A DNA stretch of 64,000 nt from Octopus vulgaris (lineage: Eukaryota). Under the pieces are notes generated by a model that was not told the DNA's origin, made no database searches, and was given only the letters and a program-made list of their open reading frames with translations. The stretch is taken from the NCBI GenBank assembly GCA_951406725.2, contig OX597814.1, forward strand, positions 182,342,001 to 182,406,000, read 5' to 3'. The position numbers and the translations under genes are program-made. This document shows positions 11,786 through 23,163 of the stretch, piece after piece. Each line of letters opens with the position of its first letter. Position 1 is the first letter of the stretch.

Positions 11786-11980
11786 GCAACAACAACAACA
11801 TCGAAAAATACCTTAGGAATGAGAACCCAGGTTCGAAATTTCCCCAAGACACCTGTTAAAGGCAGAAAGGTATATCAGCCGAAACGTTGTGTTAACAACA
11901 AACAAGATGAAGACAAATATCTGTCGAATGTAAATAATGTAAATAATGTACATAATTCCTCATTTCTTAAATATAAAACT
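11435..11980. mobile_element. Foldback element: tRNA-like head + (AAT)n + hammerhead ribozyme, duplicated head-to-head
   Basis: Inverted arms at about 11435-11627 and 11635-11950; A/B boxes at 11639-11693; HHR motifs at 11494-11539 (-) and 11848-11893 (+). Confidence 0.75.
11494..11539 (-). ncRNA. Hammerhead ribozyme motif (canonical core, stem I damaged)
   Basis: gacac-CTGATGA-A-GACTG-gagggtacgt-CAGCC-GAAAC-GT-T. Confidence 0.65.
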
Positions 11981-12045
11981 GTATGTATGTTTGTATGTAT
12001 ATGTGTGTATGTGTGTGTGTATCTATATGTATGTATGAATCTATA

Positions 12046-12085
<40 letters not shown>

Positions 12086-12149
12086 CGTGATTGGTTGTGA
12101 TTCTTAATGGAAAAAAGAGAGTTAAGCTGTACAAAATAGTGTATAATTT

Positions 12150-13232
12150 AGTTTATTATTTCTGTCATTCCAACATAGCGCATTATGCTGGATGCCCCGT
12201 TCGGCCCTCGAGATATGACCTCTGTCTCATAGACAATAGCTTCTAGGTTGCAGAGACAATTGAACGGGCAAGGGGTTGTGTCTCTACAAGAACAACTGGC
12301 TTCACTACTAGGAGTGAGGTTGCGTGATTGGATACTCTTCGTGTCGGTTACGCAACTGAAAGAGAATAAAGTGTGTCTATCACAAATCTTTCTATACACG
12401 TGTAGGAGGAAAATGTTTATCCACTAACTTAAGAAAGGCCATATATACGTTAGACTTCACATTAGGAAAGTTGGTGTGAACCCAATAACTTTGCAGCGTC
12501 GTTGTCTTTCTGGTAAGATGTCATCGAGTATTTAAATGATTTTCTCCTTGGACTTTATCACTAGGGCATTGTAGTGACATGGGATCGCCTTATCAAAGAT
12601 TTCCTTTCTAGAAGATCCAAGAGCCTTCCGCTACTCCTTTAACTAGGTTCTTGAACACTGATCCCTGGTTGATGTAGGTGAATATCTCATTGGGCTGGTG
12701 GTAAGGTTTGTAGAAGTTAGTGCTTAAATTTAAGGATGTTAACTATGGTTAGTTTACTGAAAATTTGGATAATGTCTTTTCTTAGTCCATTGGCACCACT
12801 ACACATAGTCAATTGCCTCATCCCTGTGCAAACCGACTATAGTAGATGAGAATTTCTTACGTAGTGTGTCCAGTAAGTAAAACCCTCTGAGGTCGTACAT
12901 ACTGACTGGCAATGTCAAACGACTTCATTCCCACTTTAAAGAAACCGTTAGGATCGGATCGTTTAGCTCAGGTTAAATCATTTTCAAAGAATAGGATTTT
13001 CCTGTTCTTTATAATAACGTTTAGGTGTCAGTCTGGCATATCAGTGAAATTTCTTGAGAAATTTAGTGTCTGGGTTAATGCTGTGTGGTAAGTAGCTTGC
13101 TAACCAGCCACATGGTTCCGGGTTCAGTCCCACTGCGTAGCATCTTGGGCCAGTGTCTTCTGCTATAGCCACGGGCCGACCAATGCCTTGTGAGTGGATT
13201 TGGTAGACGGAAACTGAAAGAAGCCTGTCGTA

Positions 13233-13279
<47 letters not shown>

Positions 13280-14270
13280 GTATGTGTGTGTATGTGTTTG
13301 TGTGTCTGTGTTTGTCTCCCTAGCATTGCTTGACAACCGATGCTGGTGTGTTTACGTCCCCGTCACTTAGCGGTTCGGCAAAAGAGACCGATAGAATAAG
13401 TACTGGGCTTGCAAAGAATAAGTCCCGGGGTCGATTTGCTCGACTAAAGGCGGTGCTCCAGCATGGCCGCAGTCAAATGACTGAAACAAGTAAAAGAGTA
13501 AAAAGAGTAACTCTTTGAAGACCGATGGATAAAATTCCACCATCTGAAACTGAACAGATCTACCCCCGTGCTTGCCGTTGACACTGTTGAACCATAAAAT
13601 GACTTTATTAGTACCACGACACGGAAAAGTTAGAAGCTTTTCTAATACTATTATTAAATTTCCTAATACTTACTAACTATACCAATCTCCGACCTAGTGA
13701 TGTTTATCGGATTACATGTACGGTTAGAAGCAAAGTAAACTTTGTGGTCCTTAATAGTGATAAAAACTTTGCATTTAACTAGTATCTCGGCTGCTTCTGT
13801 CTAACTTTATAGCAAAATCTTCGGTTTCACCGTTCATATTACAATAAGTCTGCGTGTCTGCCCTCATATTTTTTTCTGTGAGGTGTTATGTCATTTTTAT
13901 GTCTGCTCAAACTATTGCCTACCTCTTATAAATTCTGTATCTTGTCAGAGAACGGTAAGGCTTTATTTCAACATTCTAAATTGCTTCTTTATTTTTTAAT
14001 TCTAATCTTATTCTAAAAGAGTTACAGGACTTACGGAATCTTAGATCCGGTATCAGGTCTAGGGGATCCAATTCAAAAATTCAAAGCTATCCAGGTCCTT
14101 GAGTCTAAGCAGTAACTTTCGGGTGTTAAAACAAAGATGTCCTGCGGACTTGTAGAAAAATGTCTCCCTTCATATCTATCTCGCGGAGCTTATTATTTTC
14201 CCTAACAGTCTTTCAGTCAATTGTTGGTTGAATTGTATTGTTACATACTCGATCGATTAGTCCAAGTCAT
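12150..14270 (-). mobile_element. Decayed Naiad-type Penelope-like retroelement (RT + GIY-YIG)
   Basis: Collinear minus-strand motifs: FITIKDHK...SEIGIVSK (about 13670-13770), VEFYPS (about 13525-13545), LNLSTNFYKPY (about 12700-12735), FSFSC...SCSCR..CPFNCLC..IVYETEV...YVGMTE (12148-12399). Many stops; interrupted by a SINE. Confidence 0.8.
13078..13510 (+). mobile_element. Composite tRNA-derived SINE with internal (TA)n(TG)n microsatellite
   Basis: Head GCTGTGTGGTAAG...GGTTCAGTCCC, CORE-like CTTGGGC(C/A)AGTGTCTT, microsatellite, then tail ending GACTGAAACAAGTAAAAGAG; many copies in the window. Confidence 0.9.
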
Positions 14271-14659
14271 AAAAATCCATAATTGATATGAATTTTACAA
14301 TCATTTTTACAGTGAAGAGCGCTCTACTTTGTATTGAGTATCTGTATAATACAAGCAGGGGAAGAGGTCTCTCTTTATGCAGTATATGCAGTGAGGGTAT
14401 ATATAACTCTACACCCATTTATCCATTAAATATTTCAGTCATCCTTTCATTCATTCATTCCTTCTTCCTTCTTAAATCCCTCTCCCCCTCTCTCTCGCGT
14501 CCTCTCTTCTCCTCTGTTTCTTCCTCTCCTTTCCATCACTATACACCTACACGTATAATTTTTTTATCCCTGTGCCCTTTCTGTTTTCTGAATTTGATTT
14601 CCTGACGTGGGAAATAATCCTCCAATTCTCGACCATTAGTTACAATTCCAATGATATTA

Positions 14660-15780
14660 ATAAAGACAAATTTTTCTTTTATAAAAAAAATATGCTTTTA
14701 TTTTCCTGAAAGGTTTTGCGCGAAGGATTTTCGTAGCAGTCAGTTTCTGCTGCGTTGAACACAAACCCATAACCTGCATGTCTGATGAGCATCGTGTGTT
14801 AGTATGATCATCATTAAACTATATGTGCTTGCGTGTGTATGTGCGTGCATGCGTTTGTGTGTTTCAGAGTTGATTTGGCTCCATATCCTCACCATAATCT
14901 GATGCATATAATGTCTGAAGCGGCCCCATTTCCTCTTGCGTAGGTCCTCTTGAGGGATCGCTCGAGTATTTGTACAATAATTTGGCGTACATATCACCTC
15001 GTGTACTAACCTTTCTAAATCCCAACTTCCGAAACATTGTCTTTAATAAAGAAGCATTATCTTTTCTAAGTCGCCCTTCTCTAGTCCTCAAAATTCATTT
15101 GGTGTTTTTATTGCTCCCCATTGAGCAACAGAAAATCTCTTTAATCAAAACCCACTATTCCAAAGCACTCTAGGTTGTTTATCCCAAACTGTACTGCTGC
15201 AATACGAGCAAAGAATCCTTCTTGCAATTCTTAGATTAACTAACCTGCCAGTGACACCTAGTTGTCCTTTACTTACCAATACAATGCTATCAAAATAACT
15301 ATTAGAAGGGTTCTCCAGTCTCCAAAATTACAAGAATATTTCTAATCCCTTGTCAAGAGGGTTTCTACAAACTTCGCAGAACATGTCACTTCAGTCAGCA
15401 CCTTACTCATTAAAAAAAACCCTTCATATTTGCGGTTCGCTCCGCCTCCTGCGTCATAAAACTTTTCTCAAACTCACCTCTTTCATGTCTCCAATCTCAC
15501 TACCAACTACATGCAAACGCCATAAGCGGAAACTCCTCGATCACTCCCTCTCAAAATGGTAACTGTTTCCAACGTCATCTCTTCCAACAATCTTGACCAG
15601 TGAGCTCTGTAGGCAATACCCATCCTTACAAGACACTGTAATCTTTCTTTTCCCATCTAATCTTTGCACACTTTGGAATCAAGTGAGTGCCAACTTACAA
15701 CAAGGCAAAGTCTCCGACTTTTTAAAACTAGCCATCTCTCACACTCCCTTCCAACATCGCAAAGGTAATGCGAACAGTTG
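14660..15780 (-). pseudogene. Putative decayed tandem-DED caspase (caspase-8/cFLIP-like), intronless
   Basis: Collinear fragments: SLVKIVGRDDV (DED RxDL-like end), SFRLWRLHVVGSEIGDMKE (DED start-like), QYSL/DKQPR, LRTREG..KD...LKTMFRKLGFRKV....D, HASTYSLMMIILTH, KEKFVFI. Multiple stops/frameshifts; no QACxG seen. Confidence 0.45.
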
Positions 15781-16481
15781 TCAGTAATCACAGTCTTCAT
15801 CTTGTAGAGTCTCTCCGTACCTAGTGATCACCTGCATGGCTTCCGCTGCACAAGATCTATTGCAGACGTACACTCCAATATCACTTCCCTTGAAGAACCT
15901 TGGCCTTCAACCATGTCTGGCAGGAAAATCTCCCAGGACAGTTACCCGTCAATTGTTTACATCTATCTCTCACTGGATCGAGATTTTCCTATCAGATTAC
16001 AGCAGTGCAGTGTACCGATAGAACTCTCTCTGATTAAAATTCTGTTAATTCATAAGGATTTATGCACTCTATATATTAACGACCATTTTGTTGTAAATTC
16101 TAACGGCATACATTCTAATGCTGGCGTTGCTATGCTTCGCTCATCTTTTACCGTTACACTTGTGCGTGTATGACGCCTATACACAGACGTCACGCTCATG
16201 TAGCCTAACTACTTCATGTCATACCACTCTTATTCTGTGAACAGAGACCTTGTGAGAATCTTTTCAACAGTATACAGACTCAGTAACTTCACATATGAAG
16301 GAAAAGTCTCCAATCATAAATAACACAATTAAAATTCTCAAAACCCCTTCAAATGATTGGCATCACAATTACTGAGGATCGCCAATGGCGCCCTCACGCA
16401 CACAACTTGAATAAGATTGCATCATAATGAGTAGAGTTCATCGTTAAAGCCAAGAAATACTTCATAACCGATCATATACTA

Positions 16482-17015
16482 TTGGGTTGTCCGGAAAGTT
16501 CATGCCGATTTTTAAAGGAAAGAAAACGGTAAATAAATACTTGCCATTGCATTTTTAAACAACCAAATATGAACCATTTTGTTGCACAGAATTGTTCCCA
16601 GAATTGAGGTGGTTTCATGGCAAATAATTCATCATGGTATCTTTTTACGTCATCCAAGGAATTAAAATTTTTACCATTAAGACTATTCTGCAGAGACCTG
16701 GATAAGTGGAAATCCGAAGGAGCAATATCTGGTGAATATGGAGGGTGAGGTAACACACCCTAGCCGAGCTGCAGCAATTTTTGTCTGGTTCCCAAAGCAT
16801 CAAGTGCCAAAAATGAACTTTCTTATCTTCCATTTTAAAGGGTTACAGAATTAATACAGATTATAGGAACATAAAACTTCTTCCACGAAAAGATAGCTTA
16901 AACTGTGCTCTAAATGGAGGTGTAGTCAAATCCTATTTTATGGACTCAACCATGTTCTAAGATAAGTCGAAAGGTAGGCTCCTATAAATCGGCACGAACT
17001 TTCCGGACAACCCAA
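16482..17015 (-). mobile_element. Internally deleted mariner element
   Basis: TIRs TTGGGTTGTCCGGAAAGTTC / GAACTTTCCGGACAACCCAA, TA TSD; transposase remnants MEDKKVHF and HPPYSPDIAPSDFHL. Confidence 0.95.
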
Positions 17016-17856
17016 TACATACGCTAATATCTTAGACAGAGGCCAACAGAAGACCAATCAATTGATTGACAAAGATTCAGCTACCAACAGGCCTTTAGTT
17101 CATAATAAGTGCTGTCTCCTCTATGTACCTACCGTTCCTTGAATTTCTTTGGAACTAGCAAGTCGCCTTTATGTTCTTTTCGTTCTAGTAATCCTGACTA
17201 ACACAACACACTATCTAGTGCAGTCATGGACAAACCGCGGATTGTGGGACTTTCTGAATGGCGCGCCAACGGAAAATTATCTCGAATTTTTTTAGTAGTG
17301 CGACCCACTTGATGATAAATCTCATGTGGCCCACTTCTCGGAAAGGCGTTGTCTACGCCTACTCTAGTGTGTGGTGCTTTTCAGTAGACAACATACTTAC
17401 ACTGTTAATGTCTAAGAAAAGTTTATATAATGTCAATTTAAACCTTATAATAGATCTCTATACCCTTCGCATTTATAATATATCCCTTATTTTATCGATT
17501 CTAGATGAGTGAATGACAAAGTCGAATTTATCAATTGTTTTCTTTCTTTTTTTATTGTTTTGTTTTCGTACTTTATGTGCCACATTTACCTGCACCTGAA
17601 ATAAGGCAGGTGCCAATTGTTAAGTTCTCGAAGCCTGTACAAACAATAATAGCTGTTTCTACTATTAGACGGTTCACTTATGTCATTTCGTTATGTACTT
17701 TACCAGAAATAAGTTGATACACTATTTGACATCTTGTATTCTGTCATGACAAAACAAAACAGTTATTATTTTTTTTACTTGGGGCTAAATTCTAGATTAA
17801 TGAATTCCTAACTGGCACTTTTTCAAGCAATTTATAAGTTGTGTTAGGTTTAAGCG

Positions 17857-17909
<53 letters not shown>

Positions 17910-18228
17910 AACTGACAAAGCAGTTAGTGAAGAAAATGTAGTTTATAAACATGTGCGTGCATACGTATCTCTCTTCAAACATACATACATACATACATAC
18001 ATACATACATACATACATACATACATGCATGCAAAGCGTACATACAACGTAAGTACATACATACACTTATGCATGCACACACATGCACATATATATGCAC
18101 ACACATATGCATAGACTACGCACATTTCATGTCGATGGACGAACATACAAAGCTGCACCTGTATTTTTGTGTGAGGTAAAAGAGAGTGAAAGAAAGAGAG
18201 AGAATGGGGAAGAGGGGAAGGATAAAGG

Positions 18229-18268
<40 letters not shown>

Positions 18269-18690
18269 AGTGTGAGGGGTAGGGGGGAGAGGGAGGAGAG
18301 AGAGATAGAAACAAAATAAAGTGGGTTGTTGATTTAAGAAACAAATGTATTAAGTTGCTTGATTCATGAAATAAAGTAAAGAAAACACACACAAGACGGG
18401 TAGATTTATTTTACTAATATTAAACAGCAGGAAAAAAATAGGGGTGGGGGTAAATGCATGAAAAAAATGTTCCTGAAAACTAATTTGAAACGAAGCCAAG
18501 ATGCTGTGTTAGACTGTTCTTGTGAAGTAGTGGATTCTATTTTTTTTTTTTTCCCTTTTTAATCATTTAGGTAACATAAGATAATCAGTTTAACATGATT
18601 GGCGAAAGATAGAGTTGGTGATAAAAATAAATACAAAACATGACACATCCAGAATTTGTGTGTATATTATAAAAGTTTAGTTTTGTAAAA

Positions 18691-19079
18691 GGTAGCGAGC
18701 TGGCAGAAACGTTACGTTCCGAGTTCAAATTCCGCCGAGGTCGACTTTGCCTTTCATCCTTTCGGGGTCGATAAATTAAGTACCAGTTACGGAATAAATA
18801 CAAAACATGACACGTTCAGAATTCGTGTGTATATTATAAAAGTTTAGTTTTGTAAAAAGGCGGCGAGCTGGCAGAAACGTTAGCACGCCGGGCGAAATGC
18901 GTAGCCGTATTTCGTCGGTCGTTACGTTCCGAGTTCAAATTCCGCCGAGGTCGACTTTGTCTTTCATCCTTTCGGGGTCGATAAATTAAGTACCAGTTAC
19001 GCACTGGGGTCGATGTAATCGACTTAATCCCTTTGTCTGTCCCTGTTTATCCCCTCTGTGTGTAGCCCCTTATGGGTAG
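18691..19079 (+). mobile_element. Nin-domain SINE: partial copy plus near-full copy within a local duplication
   Basis: SINE at 18691-18790 (deleted) and 18859-19079, each preceded by the same about 65-bp flank. Confidence 0.85.
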
Positions 19080-19258
19080 TTTAGTTTTGTAAGTGTAATT
19101 GCTAAACGAAATACACACAAACAAATTCTCCGATGTTTTATATTCTGCAGTGAAGGTATCTATGGCCTGTTCTATGGCTTGTTCACTGTAGCATTTAGGA
19201 TTATTGACAGCAATTACATTGGTATTTCTTTCTTTTTTCTTCTTCATATACGATAATC

Positions 19259-19567
19259 GTCGCCCTTTTCAAGCCAAGCCGGGCTCATGGGCCCGGTTTC
19301 CCGGTTTCTGTGGCGTATGTGTTCCCCCCAGCTGGACAGGACGCCAGTCCATCGCAGCGTTACTCAAGAAATAGGAAAAAAGAGTGAGAGAAAGTTGTGG
19401 CGAAGGAGTACAACAGGGGTCGTCACCACCCCACCCCCCTGCCGGGGCCTCGTGGAGCATTTAGGTGTTTTCGCTCAATAAACACACACAACGCCCGGTC
19501 TGGGAATCGAAACCACGATCCTCCGACCGCGAGTCCACTGCCCTAACCACTGAGCCATTGCGCCTCC
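19259..19567 (-). mobile_element. tRNA-Arg-derived SINE (OR1-like family)
   Basis: Head GGAGGCGCAATGGCTCAGTGGTTAGG on -; TSD TTCTTCATATA. Confidence 0.85.
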
Positions 19568-19897
19568 CTTCTTCTTCATATAGAGAAAACAATTTCATAA
19601 CAGGTAATGTTCATGAAAATGGTTGTTGTTGTTGTTGCTGTTTAGCTCAGTATCAACTATGATTGTAAAAAGAAATGAATTAACAACGGCAAAGTCCGAG
19701 AACAATGGAATCTATCATGAATAACTAAGATTTCGATTTTCGGTTACGATTTCAGTGTGCATCTCTTACACTGCTATAAAACACCCAGTGCAGCATTGTA
19801 GTTATTGAAGCCGGATTCACCAAGCATCATACATTGATTGCATTTCGAGTTCACAGAAGCAAAGAACGTCTGTTAACTATTCAAGAAAATCGAATAG

Positions 19898-19936
<39 letters not shown>

Positions 19937-21060
19937 GGAGAGGGTTTAATAACAAATACAAGAGTTACAGTTACTTTTCTGCAAAATTATTCCTTCATCG
20001 CATTTACCTTTTCGATTTGAAATATTTTCACTTTTTATCTTTAAAAGCCTTCACTGTTTAATTCAATTAAATACCTACTTTAGATAATGTAAATACTTCT
20101 TGTGGCCTTGGAGATAAAGAAGCATACACACACACACGCACACACACACACACACACGCACACACACACGCGCACACACACACACGCGCACGCACACACA
20201 CACACACACACACACATACACACACATATACACACACATATATATATATATATCGTTTGTAGAAAACGTAAATCTGGAGAAGAAACACACTCTAAGATGT
20301 AGAGCAGTATATATTTAAAATGGGAAGGCCTGTTTACCTTAGGTTTCCCGTCCATAAAACGTTTAGCTTTATTGGCATATCGTCAGACCCCAAAACTTGT
20401 TGGCCTATGGTCTCTTCAAAATATGGAGGGGAAAAACCTCACTACTCAAAGTGAACAAATGGGGATTATGTCCGTTTGCTATTGGCTATCGAATTCCGGC
20501 TGTGCCGCCATCTTGTGGCCTCCAAAAGGCGAGCAGGAACCTCCTAAAATGTAACCATGGCTTGAAGATCTCTGTTCTGGAGTTGATGATGTTCCCTGGT
20601 TCGAGCGAGTCTTTTAGGATCCTCGTGCGCTCAGCTATGCATAACTGACAACGCATCGTCCCGCTGATTAGGGCCCTGGGGTCTCGAGGATCTTCGATGA
20701 GATCGAGTATGAGATGCCATCGTCTCTTAGTTGCCAGACATGGTTGGCCAGCGACGTTACGTATCTCCTTTCCAGAACTCTGAAGGAGACACGCTGCTTA
20801 AACGAGTTCCCGGAACACCCAATGTTTCTCCGTGGGCGTGTGTTGTAGGTGCTGTACCTGTTGTTGTTGTTGTTACTGTTGTCGCCGACATTGTTGTTGT
20901 TGGAACTGGGACTGCTGGTGTTGGCGTCGTTGGCGGTGGTGGTGTCAGTAATGTTATCGCTACTGCCGGTTACAGTGAAGGTGCTGGTGTTATTGTTGTG
21001 GGGAAGTTGTCATTGCTGCTAGAGATGTCATTAGCTGTGGTTCCGCTGCTGCTGTTGCTG

Positions 21061-21416
21061 TTTGTTTGTTGAGCGAAGCGATCTTCGTCCCTAGTGAGAG
21101 AAGTCCGGAACGTGGTCCTTTGCTATTCGTAAGACCCGCAGAAGAGAAGCAGGTCACTCCCCCACCCCCGACACCGAGAGCATCGACGGATGGATGAATG
21201 CGCATCTAGGCTCAGCGGTTGCGTAGGAAGTCGGGGACAAGAAACAAGAAGAAAGAGTGAGAGAAAGTTGGAGCGAAAGAATACAACAGGGGTCGCCACC
21301 GGAGCTTTAGGTGTTTTCGCTCAATAAACACACACAACGCCCGGGTCTGGGAATCGAAACCGCGTTCCTCCGACCGCGAGTCCGCTGCCCTAACCATTGG
21401 GCCATTGCGCCTCCAC
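21061..21416 (-). mobile_element. tRNA-Arg-derived SINE, long-tail variant, inserted in the Naiad element
   Basis: Head at about 21340-21416, tail ending AACAAACAAAC; TSD CTGCTGTTGCT. Confidence 0.75.
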
Positions 21417-21978
21417 TGCTGTTGCTATTGTTGATATTGCTGTTATAGCTGGTGGCACTGGACTTGTTGCTGCTGTTATAGTTGTTGTCAGGTCAGCTAC
21501 TGCGGACGTCAGGGGCGTTAGGAAGCTATTGGTAAGGCTGGTGTTGATGGCGATGTTGCTGTTGATGCCGTCGGGGGAACTGCCAATGTTGTCGCTGGTG
21601 TTGTTATTGTTATTGCTGCTAATGTTGTCAACTGTGGCGATGATAGCGGTGTTGTTGGCTCTGTTCACGTGTCTACAGCTACTGCTGCTTCTGCCGGTGG
21701 TATTGCCTGGGTTCGCTAGTACTTCGGCTTGGTTTCGCCGGGAATCTGTTGCGTCCCTGCATGAACAACTTGCCTCTTCCTGTGGCTTAGGGGCTCTAAC
21801 TAGGATGCTCTTAATATGGGGAGTACAGCTAAACGAGACTCTGATGTTGTACCTGTTGAAAATGGGCCCGTATTTATGGGAGCTAGTGAAATGCTTGTCT
21901 AATAATTTTAGGAATATTCAACCTACGGGCGTTATTGTGTTAAGAGAGAAGGGGTGCAAACCAAATGGTATTTCTGCA

Positions 21979-22210
21979 GGCGGCGAGCTGGTAGAAACGT
22001 TAGCATGCCGGGCGAAATGCTTAGCGGTATTTCGTCTGCCGTTACGTTCTGAGTTCAAATTCCGCCGAGGTCGACTTTGCCTTTCATCCTTTCGGGGTCG
22101 ATAAATTAAGTACCAGTTACGCACTGGGGCCGATGTAATCGACTTAATACCTATGTCTGTCCTTGTTTGTCCCCTCTATGTTTAGCCCCTTGTGGGCAAT
22201 AAAGAAATAG
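21979..22210 (+). mobile_element. Nin-domain SINE inserted in the Naiad element
   Basis: Full-length copy; TSD GGTATTTCTGC. Confidence 0.9.
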
Positions 22211-22387
22211 GTATTTCTGCGGTGCTTCCTTCTGCGGTTGTTGGGCTCTGCACGCGCGCGCACACACATTTATTTATACGCATAATTTTATTTGGGCGTG
22301 AACTGCATCCTATTGATGAATTCTTAAATGAAAACGTAAGTGTAGTGTCCAAATTAAACAAAAATAGGCGCAGGACTGGCTATAGAC

Positions 22388-22745
22388 ACAGGAGTGGCTG
22401 TGTGGTAAGAAGCGTGCTTCCCAACCACATGGTTCCGGGTTCAGTCCCACTTCTTGGCACCTTGGCCAATTGTCTTCTATATAGGCTCGGGCCGACCAAA
22501 GCCTAGTGAGTGGATTTGGTAGACGGAAACTGAAAGAAGCCCGTCGTATATATGTGCGTGTGTGTGTGTGTGTTTGTCTCCCCTGCCCCCAACCACCACT
22601 TGACAACTGATGCTGGCGTTTTTATGTCCCCGTAACTTAGCGGTTCGGCAAAAGAGACCGATTGAATAAGTGCTAGGCTTACAAAGAATGAGTCCTGGGG
22701 TCGATTTCTTCGACTAAAGGCTGAAAGGTGTAAAAAAGTAAAAAA
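22388..22745 (+). mobile_element. Composite microsatellite-containing SINE
   Basis: Homologous to 13078-13510. Confidence 0.85.
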
Positions 22746-23086
22746 GAGAGTATGGTGGGTTTTATTAAATATTTACTTATGACTGGAATAATAAAAAAAA
22801 ACAACTTTTCGTTATTATATTTTTTAAATGTTGCGTTTAAGTAGTAAGATGCAAGAGAGCTTGCTGGGTGTCCATAATTTCGGTTGCCATTCGGAATGGG
22901 AACAGCTAACGTTTCTACTACGGCACTTCGGCGGAGTGCACTCAAGTAATGGCCGCATAAGTGAATAAAGTAAAAAAAAGTCAATGCGCTATTTGGCAGA
23001 AACAGTGGACGAATGAGATGCGGGAGGATGAGATGAATGATCTATGAAGTGCGAATGAGTAAGGTCAAGAGAGAGGTAGTTAGTTA

Positions 23087-23163
<77 letters not shown>

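Larger units (their letters stand above)
20260..22260 (-). mobile_element. Naiad-type Penelope-like element, 3' part (RT thumb, GIY-YIG, 3' UTR), interrupted by two SINEs
   Basis: RRKHRRNTIWFAP, IFLKLLDKHF...IFNRYNIRVSFSCTP, SCSCR, a long Asn/Thr-rich linker, then FKQR..TSLANHVWQLRD..RCQLCIAE..NSRTEIF..WLH; HHR remnant at 20355-20390. Confidence 0.8.

Noticed and set aside
20550-20565. TGG at a conserved Cys position of the Naiad endonuclease as a mutated selenocysteine TGA
   Set aside because: A single codon in a decayed copy, the other Cys sites are normal and no SECIS was recognised; it needs a family consensus.
21397-22104. 235-aa hydrophobic ORF resembling a membrane protein
   Set aside because: Antisense of the Asn/Thr-rich Naiad linker running into a SINE.
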